Shown here in pieces: positions 50,275 to 63,705 of a stretch of 64,000 nt of DNA. The stretch lies in assembly GCF_018350175.1 (NCBI RefSeq), contig NC_058368.1, forward strand, positions 138,510,001 through 138,574,000. The letters are read 5' to 3'. The position numbers were made by a program, and so were the translations under genes. The notes beneath the pieces were generated by a model, which ran no database searches, was not told the origin of the DNA, and was given only the letters and a program-made list of their open reading frames with translations. Source of the DNA: Felis catus (Eukaryota). Positions within the stretch are counted from its first letter, which is position 1. Each line of letters begins with the position of its first letter.

Positions 50275-50419
50275 ATTTTTTAAATGTTTCTCCTGCGTTT
50301 GCTTATTCTCTAAAAACCCTTGACCGTCTTGATAATTAATTTTTATTCCCAGCCCCTTCATCCCTTACAACCTTATTGGGCATTGTTGCCAGCTGATGGT
50401 ACAGAGCATGAGGACTCAG

Positions 50420-51185
50420 TAATTCATTCATCCAATCGGTAAATATTTAGTGAGCTCCAGCTCTGTGCCAGGAATTGTTCTAAGCTTTGTTTAAGTTTTG
50501 GAATTATTTAAGTTACTGGGGATACTGTAGGGAACAAAAGAAGGTCCCTGCTCACGCGGAAAGACTAAACATAAACAAATGAACAAATTCATATGCGATA
50601 TGTCAAGTGATGATAAATAATTTAAAGGAAAGTAAAGCAGGGTAGCATGGATAAGGAGTGATTGGGGTATCAACAATGTCAATGGCCAAATAGCATTTTA
50701 TCAGAGACTATAAGGAACTAGGGAAGCAGGTTGTGAGAAGAGAGCATTCTGATGAGTAAGCGTCATGGCAAGTGCAAAGGTCCTGGGGTATAAGTTTGTT
50801 TCTATTTAAAGACGAGTGAGGAAGCCAGTGAGGCCAGAGCAGAGCAAAGACTGGGAGAGTAGTAAGTGGTAAGTCAGAGACTTGGCTGGGCTTTGTGGGC
50901 CCAACTAAGGACTTTGGCTTTTATTCTAAGTGAGATGGGAAGATATTAGTGGGTTTTGAAAAGAAGGGTTAAGTGGTTTGATGTCTGTTTCTAAAATTTA
51001 TTCTGGATCCTATTGGATAATCTGAAGGTGGGGGCAGGGGCTGGGGGGTGAGGGTAGAAGCAAGAAGGCTTTTGCAAAAGTCAGCCTAATGATGACAGTG
51101 ACTGGGACTGTTCTGAAGGCAAAGACTAGAGTCCGCTGAGATAAATTGTTGAGTGTGAGAGGATTTGAGATGATTTCACATTTGG
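50420..51185 (-). mobile_element. L2 3' portion
   Basis: attcattcatccaatcggtaaatatttagtgagctccagctctgtgccagg...aaggactttggcttttattctaagtgagatgggaag. Confidence 0.85.
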
Positions 51186-51532
51186 GGGAAATTTAGTTAC
51201 ACCTACAAACTTGACAGATAAAATGTATTGCCCACAATAAAAAGCTTGTCATACCCCCAGCTGACAACCCATTTTATGTGCTATATTGCACACATTTTGC
51301 ACATCAGCAGGGCAAGAGGAGCTCACCGGGTGATGCAAAAGGGCACTGCTGGTGTTATCCTCTTATCACACAGATTGTTCCGGAGCTTCCCTGGAAGACG
51401 TGTCCTTTTTAAGCTTCCATCAAGTTATTTTGAAAAATGTGAAAGGGGTCTTCTTTCTGGAGCCATTTTAAGGGGGTGATTCTATATTAAACAGTCCTGT
51501 CATAGCACGATTACTATTAAAAATTCAGAAAA

Positions 51533-51753
51533 GGGGCGCCTGGGTGGCGCAGTCGGTTAAGCGTCCGACTTCAGCCAGGTCACGATCTCGCGGTCCGTGA
51601 GTTCGAGCCCCGCGTCGGGCTCTGGGCTGATGGCTCAGAGCCTGGAGCCTGTTTCCGATTCTGTGTCTCCCTCTCTCTCTGCCCCTCCCCCGTTCATGCT
51701 CTGTCTCTCTCTGTCCCAAAAATAAATAAACGTTGAAAAAAAAAATTAAAAAA
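51533..51753 (+). mobile_element. Very young felid CAN-SINE
   Basis: CpGs retained throughout; TSD AAAAATTC(A/G)GAAAAG. Confidence 0.97.
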
Positions 51754-53419
51754 AAAAATTCGGAAAAGAGCAAATGCTCATGTAAATTGACAGAATCCAC
51801 TTGGGTGTCAACCAGGCAAGCAAAGCAATATGGATAATCTGCTTTTGTTGCACCCGTGAATGGCACTATTTTTTTTTTTTTTTTAGTTTAAAAAAAAAGA
51901 AAAGAAAAAGATAGAAGGAGGAAGAGGTGAATGCCAGTGCTTGCTTACATCTAAATGGGTCTTCAGCTTATAGGCTTGTTGTTCATTTAAACTCAAACAA
52001 GTAGCCTGGAACTCCTTAATGGCGAGGGGTGGGGGCCGTATGATGGTCATTCAGACTAGAACTAGTTGCTTGTTCCAGCTGGCCCTGATTTTCCCTCTGG
52101 GTGATTGCAATGCTCTTCCTCTCTGGGTGGTTCCCATATTTTCTGGCCGTAGATCTGGGCCATGGGAACGTAGAGTGAAGTGGGCAGCTCTTGGGAATCA
52201 CCTAGCCTCTCCTCACCACTGCTGTCCTCTGCCCCTGAGGACCAGAGGACAAGGGAGCAGATGGCCCATTGCCTTGGCAGTTTCTAAGCATCCTTCCCTC
52301 CCAAGGAGGACTCTGAATACAACCTGAGGGGCATCCAGAGGTCCCAGGCGCTGGATTTTTCTCCTCTCCCCAAGTGAAGAGGTCAGAATAACACAGAGTC
52401 GCAGAAGCAAATTCTCCCTACCCTTAGCTTATTATTTTGGCCTCCCACACCTCTCTTTTGATCCCCTTCATCCTTTGTCTTAGGAAGTATGGACATGGAG
52501 TAGGAAATAGTTGGAGCTTCAAAATGTTGTGAGGCAACCTTGGGAGCTGGACTGGGGTACAGAAATGGTGATTTCTAGGATGCAACTCATCCTGCTGACA
52601 TTGATTCGGTATTGGTTTCAGCTGGCTTGTGATGGAATCCTGTTGAGCCACGGTGGATTGAGGGACAGTTGAGGATGCTTGAGGTGTGGGAGACTGCGGA
52701 GGAGGTAGCTAGAGGTGGCTCACAATGGACTCTGACCGATTCCCAAGGATCTGACAAGGCTGTACATGTTTCTCAGGGGCCCTCATCCTTCCCCAAGAAG
52801 GTCCTAAGGAGATTCAAGGAAATTGCATACTCTTTGCCCAACATCTGAGAAGAAAAGCCCTAAGGACACCTAATCACCAGTTTATATGCTCATACTTCAC
52901 CCAAGTATCTGCTTTCTGGACATCTTCCCCATTCGAACATAACAGCTTGATCTTTGCCCACGTAACATGGTATCGGCAGCCTAAAACCACCCTACCCTCC
53001 CTCCCTTCTTTTTTCCTTTCTAGAAGGGAGTTGACGTCCCATTCAGTCCCGAGATAGTTCACACCATGACCTGCTGTCTCCTGCTCCCAGCCATCATTCT
53101 TAGCTCCTGTATCTGCCGTCCCACCTTGGTCCCATTCTCCCAAATCTGGACACTGCTACTCTTGTTCATCCCTCACGATGCCCCTCAATAAGGTATTCTG
53201 AAGAGTAGATGTGTACTGGCATTCTGAGGATGAAGAAGAGAATTCCAATGCAGAAAAAAAGTCCGAGGAAAAGAAGAGGCAAACAGTTCACAAGACCTCA
53301 AGGGAAGCATCCTAATTTTAAGCTTCCCCTCCCTATGTAAATCTTTCTCCTGAGAACTTTCTTCTCCATTTTACTTCGTCACCTGTCCCGGACTGTCTGG
53401 AAAAGCCAAAGTTCTGTTA

Positions 53420-53937
53420 GTTTAGTAAGAAAAATATGGAAGTTCCCTTGTTCAACTTGGATCTAGGCTCTAACCCAGGAAAGCCAGGAGTGTTCATTGC
53501 CCGTGACCATGAAAGCTCATTAAGCTATGGCGGACGTGGGATACAGTGCTTGCGTTGCCAGACTCACAGTGTGAGCTCCGAGCCACTACCCCGTACGGCC
53601 TTCGTGCTTTCCTACTTCCCTCCATTCTCCAAGTTCAGCAGAGAGAAGGAGAGACAACAAAGAAAGGCTGGGGTGGGGGGATTCTCTTTCCCCCTCTCTT
53701 TCACAAGGCAGAAGTCACCAGGGAGAACCAAATATTTCATCCAAGGAAACACACCCCATGTCTATCCACATTTGTTAGGTCTCTGCCCAGAACTTTACTC
53801 ACCACAACTCCAGCCATGGTCCTACTGGGGACGCGGACCAGTCTGGCTCTGGTGTCTTTTGTGTGAATACACCACTTAGAGCCCAGACAACTCCAGCTGA
53901 GCTATTAAAGTCACAGCGGTGACTGGGGCCGCTAACA
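53420..53937 (+). mobile_element. Possible ancient ERV LTR
   Basis: 3' part 'tctggtgtcttttgtgtgaatacacc...gctattaaagtcacagcggtgactggggccgctaaca' looks like an R/U5 end (ATTAAA, ...AACA); left boundary uncertain. Confidence 0.35.
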
Positions 53938-56900
53938 GCATCATGTGGCTTCATCCCCAGGACTCTGGCTGCTCAGTTCCCCATGCTCAACTCCAAGAAT
54001 TTGTAAATGTGTATCGTACAGAGACTAAGCAAATGTGTACAGTGAACCTTTACGCAGAGCCTAGAAAAGCTCCCTAGTCCATAGAAGTTTCTTAGCAAAA
54101 ACAAGCTCGCCCACTTCAAGGTATGCCCAGGCTGCCAGCGCACTGAATGGGTCTTTTCAAAAGCTAGGAGGCTCGGCTGTAGCAGAGTGTGTTTATGGTC
54201 TCTGTGAGGTTTTCACAGTGACGACCTTCATTCAGATAGAGTACAATCATCTTTCATGATCCCCATAAATCAGAGTACTGCCTATGTCAAGGAGGGTTAG
54301 GTTGCCCTAGGGGTTCCCCGTTGGAGTTTAAAAACAGGAAAAAAAAGGCACTTTACATGCAGTGAAAGAAGCGGGGGGGGGGGGGGAGGGATGTTATGAA
54401 TTTTGTTCTGAAAAATTCAGCTCAACAGTTTGAAAAGGGCCCATATTTAGGCTACAGTATTTGGCCGGATCTATTGTGCAATTCGTCTTCCTGCGAGCAG
54501 ATACAAATGATCTGACCCAGAGCCAATGTCTTTTTATGGAGTTAAATTAGTCACTCTTTATACGCCGAGGGGTTTTCAAAAAGGCTATTTAAGGAGGGTG
54601 CCATTACGTTTCCCACTAGTATGTTTGCCTTTCGATCCTTCTGGATTGCTTTTTGTTGGATTGTGGTTTGGGGGTAAAATAATGGGCACCATTTGTAAGC
54701 TTGGGCAAGATCATTTCAACCTGCTGAGTACTTGGATCGTTCCTCTTTAACATGGGGGTAACAGATTAGGAAAGTAGGCCTGGCAAGGATATGTGGGTCC
54801 CGGGCCCGAGTCAGCTGTGCAAGTAAGTGGAGCCAAATGTTACCTGGATGGAGGTTTTCATTAGTGGCCAACCTGGGAAGAGGACTTCATTTCCCAGCAT
54901 GGCTTGGATCTCCTTCCTCAGTTTCATTCCCTAATAGAACGGGATCTAAGGAAAGAGAGGCCAGAGAAATTACCTAATCAAACATCTGCTGTGACAGAGA
55001 GGTGCCGATGTTATATGACATCCTGCTTCTTGGCCTCCCACCCCAGTTTTTCCAAAATTACCTGTCCTTCCTTATTACTCTCCCTCCAACCTTATGTCAG
55101 CAAATTAAGTATCGGTGACCCTAAGGTGAGAACGCCCTAGAGTGCAGGTAGAGTGTTCCACTGAAAGACCTTAGCAATCTTTGGTTAAGTAACTTTCTCT
55201 TACAAAATGGAAGGGGAGAGAAGAAGAAAGCCTGCTCAAGGCCATAAGAAAGAGCGTCAGAGTTAGGGCTAGAACTCAACTGCTCAGACTCTGTGGCCTC
55301 CCTTATGTCTACTCAAGAGGACAGCTATAGGTAAGGCATTGGTTTCAGAGGGTGGGAGTTGGATGTGGCAGGCTGAACCCCTCCCCCCCCACTCCCGAAC
55401 ATCAAACCTCCTGCTGGTGGAAGAGAAGGAAGCCCTACGGAGACCGCTCACGTGCCCATCTGCAGTTAAAGATCTGATTGCAGAACTTCTTTCCCAGGCC
55501 TGGGCTGCTCCAACAACAGGCGTTTCTGCAACATTTCTCCCGGCTTATCTCTCCTGCTGGCTCCTGACTGGATGGTGTCATGGGCTCAGGGCCCCGTAGG
55601 CAGAGATCACTTGCGCTTCCACCAAAATGCCCAGTTTGTATCCAGATTTTATCCCCTCGTCTAGTAGGATTCGTCCAAATATTTGTAAACGATAGCATTC
55701 AGGAAAGCAGTCAGTGGCAGCGTTTTTGACCACAGGAAAAGCAGCAAAATGTGCCTGTCACCTTCCTCCTCCCAGGCACTTTCTTTAACTGCCGTGACTG
55801 TCCTCTCCAAGTACTGGCTTTGCCCCAGGACCCTCCCTCTTGCTCTCTGCTCAGGATGACACAGACTTTTGCCTCCAGCAGACAGGGAAAGCTGCCCCAT
55901 TTGTGCCCTCAGAGTTACATGACAAATTAACAAAGTGCAAAATAAAGAACCATGTTGTTTAGCATACACTGTGGGGCACGTTGTCATCTTTCCACGAGTG
56001 TCTATGGAATGGATGAATGTTGCTCTCTCTAGAATTGGAAAGAACCATCAGCCTTCTTCCCAAATGTTTTCAACTCGGCATACTGATGGATTTTTTCCAT
56101 GGCAACAGAGCTCTTATTATCATAAAAGTCAACTGGAAAATATCATCTGCTTTACCAACATTTGCTCTATTTCCAAGCCCTGCTAGACAGCATCTATTCC
56201 ATAAATCAAGAAAGAGATGTATTTGCAAAAGTTTTGCAGAATAATCACTAAGCATATCTCCAGCCACATACAATGCCCTGTGCTGCAATGATTCTAAAAT
56301 GGGATGTTTTTTTTGTCATTGTACAAATGGCCTGCATTTCCAGGCAATTTGGTAAAAAAAAAAAAAAAGGAAAAAAAAAGCACTTTTTTTGTGCCAATGC
56401 AAAGGCAACTACCCCCTTGAAGAAAGTCAGCAACTTGGAATGTCATGGTGAAGTATCCCAGTTTTCACAAAGCTCCTTGTGGGATAGGTCCTACATTTCC
56501 GTAGTGAATGCGTTTCGTTAAGGAAGTGAATTACTCTCAGGGCGTCCCCAGCTAGTGCAGATAGGGCTCTCTGGGGTTCTTACATCAGGACGAGCATCTG
56601 CCCTGACCGGTCAGGGTCAGAGCCGTAGGCACAGATGAGCTGACAGACCAGCTGGGGAGAGGTCTGCCGACCCCGTGGCACACACTTCCGGGACTAGACT
56701 GGGTTGAGGGATAAGCGCCAGTTAGTCTCTCCGCTTGGAAACACGAGGGCTCCCTGTGTCCTTGACTTACGCAAAATCCAAGAAATTTTTTAAAAGATGC
56801 GTTGTATGAAAGAGCAGAGAGTAGTTTCTAATTCTAGAGTCAAAAGTACCATGAGGTTGCCTCTTCCCCACCCTGAGTCCCGTTCCTACCTCTCTTCCTT

Positions 56901-57421
56901 GGCCACCCCAAACCAGGACAGACTCAAGGGGTTAGAACGGCTTCAATCTCACCCCTAGGGGCGAAGCAAGTCCATTGCAAAGGCCTGTCTGTCCAGCAGT
57001 TAATTCTCTCCTAGCATTATTATAAATCTCCATTCCAGGGAGTCCTTTAAAGGCAGTGGAAACCTTCCTACAGGATTTATGTAAACCAGCCAGTGACCCA
57101 AGGTTTCTTGACAGAAACTCCCATCCCCGGGAGGTAAGACGGCTCAGCTGGGCCCACAGAACTTTCCAATCGCATCTGCTCGGCAACAGCAAAGTCAAGG
57201 AACCTACAAAAGGGCTGTATCAGCCAAGGAGAGCTGTTGGCCTGTTGCTGCTCTTTCTGAGCCCTGCCAAGAATGACATCATCTTGCTGGATTATTAGCA
57301 GGCCCTATCAGCAAACACTATCCCATCAGTCACATCAAAGCTGCCCTGCATATGTTCATGCTGGTTAGGGGAGCCAGTTTCCATCAGCTTCGTGCCCTGC
57401 TTTAAAAATTTCTGAGACGGT

Positions 57422-57637
57422 GGGGTGCCTGGGTGGCTCAGTCGGCTAAGCGTCCGACTTTGGCTCAGGTCATGATCTCGCGGTTCCTGAGTTCGAGCCC
57501 CGCGTCGGGCTCTGTGCTGACAGCTCGGAGCCTGGAGCCTGCTGCGGATTCTGTGTCTCCCTCTCTCTCTGCCCCTCCCTTGCTCATGCTCCGTCTCTCT
57601 CTGTCTCAAAAATAAATACAACATTAAAAAAAATTTC
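57422..57637 (+). mobile_element. CAN-SINE
   Basis: TSD AAAATTTCTGAGA(C/T)GGT. Confidence 0.96.
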
Positions 57638-58869
57638 TTTTAAAATTTCTGAGATGGTCTCATGAACCGAAAAGTCACTGGAAACATTATTTTTAAACAT
57701 GGGAGAAGACTCAGCAGGAGACTGTGATAACAGGGCATATTATTTCAGAGATTCAGATATACCTCTCATCAAGCTGTTTCTACTACAATTTAAAAAAATA
57801 ATAATAAAAATAGTACTTATATGAAGCACCTGGATGAACACAACTGATGCATAGAGTGAAAACTGTGGAACTTGTAAAGAGGTGGCTATTCCTTTTCTTC
57901 TCTTGGTCAAATCCACCGCCTGTGATTGGAATACTCCGGCTGGGGTGGGGTGGTCACTGTGTGGTTCTTCTGCGGTAGAAAAGAACAGAAATGGCATACT
58001 GCTGGAAGACATTCTCTGTCCTGCCCTGAAACCCTGGGAATTTATCTGGGCTGATCAGTACCCATGCCACACTGAGGGTCATTTCAGAGAATATTAGCAC
58101 AGAGGAGGACCTTAGACATCACTCATCCTAACCCCTCATTCTGGAATTCAGTTGACCTACAAAAGGGCAGTCCAAGGACTGCAGAAGTTGCCACTGACCG
58201 GCTAGCTAGCAAAAGATGAGCCCTGGACCAAAGGCCCTGACCTAGCCTGAAGGCATTACCGCCAAGGTGAATGGTTCAACTGGAAGAGGAAAGCGTTTAT
58301 AGGTTTGTCTTTATAATGTAACCACCCAGGCTAAAAATTCCCAGCGATCAGTGTTCCTGTCTCTAAGACATACCTTATCTGCTTCTGAATCCCTGAAAGC
58401 CTCCCCCATCACTCCAAGTGCAGACCCAGACACATTGGGAAAGCACTCAGCCTTCGTGAAGGAGGCATGTGTCCAGGTAACATTCATTACTAGGACTTCA
58501 TCATCAACCTGGTCTGCCTTTTGTCTTTCCTTCCACCCTCAGAGAAGCTACCTCTCTCCTCCAGACCAGCTTATTTTAGAGACTATCACAAGAGAAAATG
58601 GTCTTCTACCCCTTTAATCGTCTCTGCTGAGGGCCTGCTATATGCCGGGCTCTAGGAACTCTGCATATTCGAGCAAGAACGAAATGAAACATCCTTAAAA
58701 CTGTCATAAGCTGTATCAGTTTTCCAGACACTAAAGAAAAATCGCGAACCACATACCTCCTGGAAGATGAAGTTTTTTAGTGCTGCAGTTTTAAAAATGC
58801 TAATGAATCAAACAGTTTGAATCAGAATTACACGTTTTTTGAAACCTTTGAATTAAATAGAATATTATT

Positions 58870-59535
58870 CTAGTTTAGGACCTCCGTGGTGTAGACATTG
58901 AGACATGATCCAACATGCCAGGATTTATTAGGAGAAATGCAAGAAAATGAGGAAGTGGAGGGGAGCCTGGGTGGCTCAGTCGGTTAAGTGTCCGACTTTG
59001 GCTCAGGTCATGATCTTGCAGTTCAGAAGTTCGAGCCCCGCATCAGGCTCTGTGCTGACAGCTCAGAGCCTGGAGTCTGCTTCAGATTCTGTGTCTCCCT
59101 CTCTCTCTGCTCCTCCCCTGCTTGCGCTCTCTCTTTCTCAAAAATAAATGAACATTCAAAAAGAAAAAAGAAAATGAGGAAGTGGAGAAGGCTGGAAGCA
59201 CCTGCCATCAGACTGGGATGCAGGTCTGAGTCCGAGGGCAGGAGAGAGGCTAGGGCGGGGAGGGAGGGGGAAGCTTCTTAGAGTGCCCTGCAGGGTAAGG
59301 AAGGTTGGGTACAACTGTCAAAGAGTCCACAAGCCAAACATTAGCTGCCACAGGAGTCCCGCGACTCCCAGAACTGGTTGCCTCTGCTCAGGCACTGGCC
59401 AGAGCCACCTTTGGGAAGTGTGGCCTCATGGCAGACATGGTGATACATTTCGGAGTATTGAAGCTAGCAGCTAGCTTTTGGTCCGTTAAGTTCCCCATAG
59501 CTGGAGGTCTATGAGGCGCCTTCCCTGGCTGCCAG
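58870..59535. mobile_element. Ancient ERVL-class LTR interrupted by a SINE
   Basis: 'gtagacattgagacatg...ggatttattaggagaaatgc' and 'gggaagtgtggcctcatggcagacatggtg...gctggaggtctatgaggcgccttccctggctgcca'. Confidence 0.5.
58960..59167 (+). mobile_element. CAN-SINE
   Basis: TSD AAGAAAATGAGGAAGTGGAG. Confidence 0.96.
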
Positions 59536-59551
59536 AAACGTCAAATATCGA

Positions 59552-59812
59552 GGCTGTGTAGGATAGTAGTAGACAGAATCCACTCTGGATTCAGGCCGCC
59601 TGCTTTTGAGTTCTGTCTGGCTCTGCTCTCACTAGTAATGTGACCTTGGGCAAGTGACTGAACCTTGCCAAGACCCAATCTCTTCAGTTCTAAAATTTGG
59701 ATAATAATGGTATGGACTTCATAGAGTTGTGCAGATTAAATCAATTAATTCGTGTAAAGCCCTGAGCAATGCCAAATTCAAAGCAGAAATGCTCAGTGAG
59801 TGTTAGCTTTTA
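59552..59812 (+). mobile_element. MIR SINE
   Basis: ctctgctctcactagtaatgtgaccttgggcaagtgactgaacctt...cttcatagagttgtgcagattaaat...gtgttagct. Confidence 0.85.
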
Positions 59813-59839
59813 TAACTGGATTCCATTTTGGCTGTGATC

Positions 59840-60182
59840 TGTCATGGGTTGAATTGTGTCTCCCCACAGCCCCCAAAAAGATAGGGTGCAAACCCTGTTT
59901 GCAGATAGAGTCTTGGCAGAGGTCATCAAGTTAAAATGGGGGCGTGAGGGTTGTCCCCAATCCAATATGACCGGTTCCTTCTAGAAGGGGGGAGATTGGG
60001 ACACAGAGACAGACACCCATAGAGGAGAGCCAGTGTGAAGAGACTCAGGGAGAAGATGGCCATCTACAAGCCCTCTTGTAGGAGAGAGGCAAATAAGCCT
60101 ACCCACCCCAAGCTGTGAGACAGTACATTCCTGCCGCCTAGTGTGTGGTACTTTGTTATGGCGGCCCCAACAAACTAACACA
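59840..60182 (+). mobile_element. MaLR LTR (MLT1A/B/C-like)
   Basis: TGTCATGGGTTGAATTGTGTCTCCCC start and ...GGTACTTTGTTATGGCGGCCCCAACAAACTAACACA end. Confidence 0.88.
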
Positions 60183-60292
60183 GAGTCCATCTTAAATTCA
60201 TAAAATGGTCCTTTCAGAAAAAGATTTGAGTGAGAGCCCTTGCCACAAGTGGGTGCACTGGCCCATGGCCCAAAGGGACTGCAGCTCTTCTA

Positions 60293-60505
60293 AAAAAATT
60301 TTTTTTATGTTTATTCATTTTTGAAAGACAGAGAGAGACAGAGAACAAATCAGGGATGGGGCAGAGAGAGGGGAGGGGGACACAGAATCTGAAGCAGGCT
60401 CCAGGTTCCGAGCTGTCAGCACAGAGCCCGACGCGGGGCTCGGACTCACGAACCAGATCAGGACCTGAGCAGAACGCTCAACCGACTGAGCCACCCAGGC
60501 ACCCC
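60293..60505 (-). mobile_element. CAN-SINE
   Basis: TSD AAGGGACTG(C/T)AGCTCTTCTAA. Confidence 0.95.
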
Positions 60506-61872
60506 AAGGGACTGTAGCTCTTCTAATGTTTTAGCTGCTGAGCATTTCCAGTATCACACCCTATCAGGCAGTGCCTCCTTCTCGGAGGCAGCAGAGGCGG
60601 GGTGGGTCCCCACCCGGAGGGACAGAGCCGACGCCTCGCTGTTATTTTAGACCACGTACAATTTAAGCAACAGCGGTGGACTTGGAAACTGACGTTTGCC
60701 CATAATTGCTGTGACCTGGCACCAGCCTCGCTAGGGAGTGAAAATGTTGTGCTTTATTAGAAGCGGATGCTCCACAGATTACAGAATTCAGGACGAAGTT
60801 TGCTGTGATTTCACCTGAGCTCATCCTGAAAACATGTGGCCAAATAAATTAGGTCCATTCAAGAGATTTGGGGGGGACTTTCAAAGCCCAACCGGAATCT
60901 AATTTCTCCATCTGAAATACAATATGATCTTCTGTGAACAATTGTCCCAGCAACGTGGTTGGGGTGGGGGGTGGCGGGCGCGAAGGACAAAAAGAAAAAT
61001 AAGCAACATGTCTTTGATGTTATCTGTGGTTGTCTAACAGAGCGAGTTTAAGGAGCTTTGATCTGAGTTTCAACCAGTTTGATTCTTTTCATTATCTAAA
61101 TGGAATCAGTTTCTCGCTGTGCCTCTTATGTTATTTAAAACAAAGATTCATTGCTACCCTATGTTAACTAGGTTGGAGATGCTCCCAGAGATGTCACAGA
61201 CTTCCAGGGGCTCTAGGCCACCCTTCCCTTGGGCTGGACTGGATGTCCCCTGGGAGAGCTTATTTGGTCCAAGGAGTCTGTGACCCAAGGGATGCGTGTG
61301 CCTGGAGGTCTGTGACCGCCAGGGAGGTGGTTCCTTCTGCCTCATCTAGATTGAAAATTTGAAGTAGGAAGCGCCCTTGCCACCTGCCTTGTCAAGGCCA
61401 GTCACCACAATGAGTTGTGGGAGAGCCTGATGTCCTCTCACAAAACAGCAGTTCCTGCCCAGTCCCTTGAATTGACAAGCCCCTGCCAGTCCAGGTGGGT
61501 CATCGGGGGGAAAGCTGGTCCAAGTAAGGTGGCTGCTTATTTTTTTTAAGAAGCCTGATTTCCAAAGGATTAGCAGGGAGACCTGAATGTAATGAGGTCG
61601 GAAGGCATCCTCTGAATGCTGGGTATTTCCAGGATGAAAGAAAATGCCTACAGGAGCAGTATTCTCAGATAAGTAGGTCTCGCCAAGGGAGGGTGAATCT
61701 GTGGGAGCATAACTCTGTCTCCCCTCCCACCTTTCTGTCTCTGCTGGCTTGCCTTCACATTGGTAAATTTATCACTTATTTTATCATCTGAAGCCAGAGA
61801 ACGGATGAGTGAGATCAACCCCCATGTCCTAACAGATTTAGGGCAGAGGGTGTGGACGTGGAGAGGGTAAAT

Positions 61873-62053
61873 CGTTGGTTCTCCACACTGGCTGCACACT
61901 AGAATTACCTGGAGAGCATTTTTAAAAAAATAACTTTCCCTGCCGCATCTCTGGATATTCTGATTTAAAAGGACCGGACGGGGGCTTGGGCAATGCTGGC
62001 TTTTAAACGCTCCCCAGGTAACTCTAATGCGGGCAGCCTGGGTTGAAAACCAA
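61873..62053. mobile_element. MER5A MITE
   Basis: ggttctccacactggctgcacactagaattacctggagagc...gctccccaggtaactctaatgcgggcagcctgggttgaaaacca. Confidence 0.8.
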
Positions 62054-63439
62054 TAGAGTGGATCCTCCCCTCGGGTCACGAAGTAGCAACCCAGAAAGAT
62101 CGTTGCTCTGCCCTTGAGGGAAGCCCCAGCCCAGCTGCCCTCGGGGATAGAGAAGCTTCCAGCAATGAAGGGCCCCAGCCCTGCGGAGGAAGACCGAAGC
62201 TGCCAGGCGAGGGACGTTTAGTCCCGTTGTGAAACCACTATATGCAGGAAATCTGTAGAGGCTGACTCTGCTCGAAAGGTGGTCGCTCCGGCTAAGAGAG
62301 AACAAGGGGAAAGATGGCCTGAAGCCGGCTCGCTTGCGGTCTGAGCCTCGCCTCCGAGATGCCCCCCTCTTCATGTGGGATCTAAGTCCACGCAAAATCA
62401 GTTAATGTCTCTGGTGTGGGAGGAGCCACGGGCGGAAGTCTGTGGATTACAGCCTTTGCTTCTGAATTGCATTTAAGCCCCATCATTGGGAGATGAAACC
62501 AGATTGGCTGTTAAGTGCTCAGAGGATTCCTGGGGAAGCCCCTAATCCCCCTGCCTTTGTCCGCGGGGCCTTTCATCCTTGTGCCCCTCTAGTTTTGTGA
62601 ACGAAGACAGAGGGTGTCCTTCAGGCCTTGTTTGAGGTGTGGAAAGGCTGGCACCCGGGGGAGTGGCAGTAACCCGCCTGAGGTAGATCGCGGGAAGGCA
62701 TTGTGTTTTCTCATGCACCTTTGGCTTCTGGGGGGTGGTTCCTTCTACCTTTTCTGGATTGAAGATTTGGAGTAAGGAGCGCCTTTACCACCTGTCATGT
62801 CAAGGCGACCTACCTCAGATGGAGTCGGCGCAGAGAATTGTGTAAAGCCCTCCTGGGAGCCCTCTCTGTCACAGGGAGAGCGGCTGACGGCCACCCGAGC
62901 CCTGCACTTCTTCCAGGGCGGGGGGGGGGGGGGGGTGCCCCTGCCCTCTGTCCCATCTGCAGTGGGGCTGAAGGCTAGAGTGAGCTCACAGGGGAAAACG
63001 GGGGCCAGCTGATGCTTCTGCCTCGGTAGGTTTTCCGTCCAGGAATCACGACTTTAAAGCCAACGCATTTCTTAGAGCTGGTTGAAGGAGACATTTGGGA
63101 ATAATCCGAAACCGTAGAAGACTGGGGGTGCAGTTTTGAAACCTCCGGTAGCTAATTTTCTGGAGGAGATGGAATTAGCTTTGCTAAATTGTCGGGCTCC
63201 TGTTGGCTGCTCTTGACTACCACTCAGAGTGGCCACAACTTCAGAGAGGAGGGGGGGGGGGAAACGCATGTAAATAACAGCTCTGGAAAGGGTGTGGGCC
63301 CAGGGGGTGCGACCAGAAGCAGAAAGCCACCCTCTTCTCCTACCTCCCTGGAGTTAGATTCCTACCCAACTTGGTCCAGCCACGTGGCCCTGATAGACTT
63401 TGGAGTCTGGCCTAGAAAGACTGCCTGTTCCTTTTGCCT

Positions 63440-63705
63440 AGCTCACTTCTCTTCTTTCAGGCTTCAGCTCAGGCCTTAAGTTCCCCAGGAACCCGACCAG
63501 GTTCAAGTCCCTGTGTTCTGTCATTGCACGAGGGATGTCTCCTTCCAGAGCACAAACCGCGGTCACAGCTTTCCTTTACTGTTTATTTCCCTCGGTAGAC
63601 CAGATGACCCCAGGAATCTGGACCTGCGTCTGTTTCTGCTTACAACGTTGTCCCCTCCGCTTTACCCAGTGCCTGGCAGATAGCAGGTGACGTTTAATCA
63701 ACTTA
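63440..63705 (+). mobile_element. L2 3' fragment
   Basis: tcttctttcaggcttcagctcagg...cccagtgcctggcagatagcaggtg. Confidence 0.6.

Noticed and set aside
53436..53879. 147-aa ORF
   Set aside because: It lies in probable LTR-derived sequence and resembles no known protein.
54440..54455. CArG (SRF) box CCATATTTAGG
   Set aside because: It has seven A/T bases between CC and GG rather than six, and is an isolated motif.
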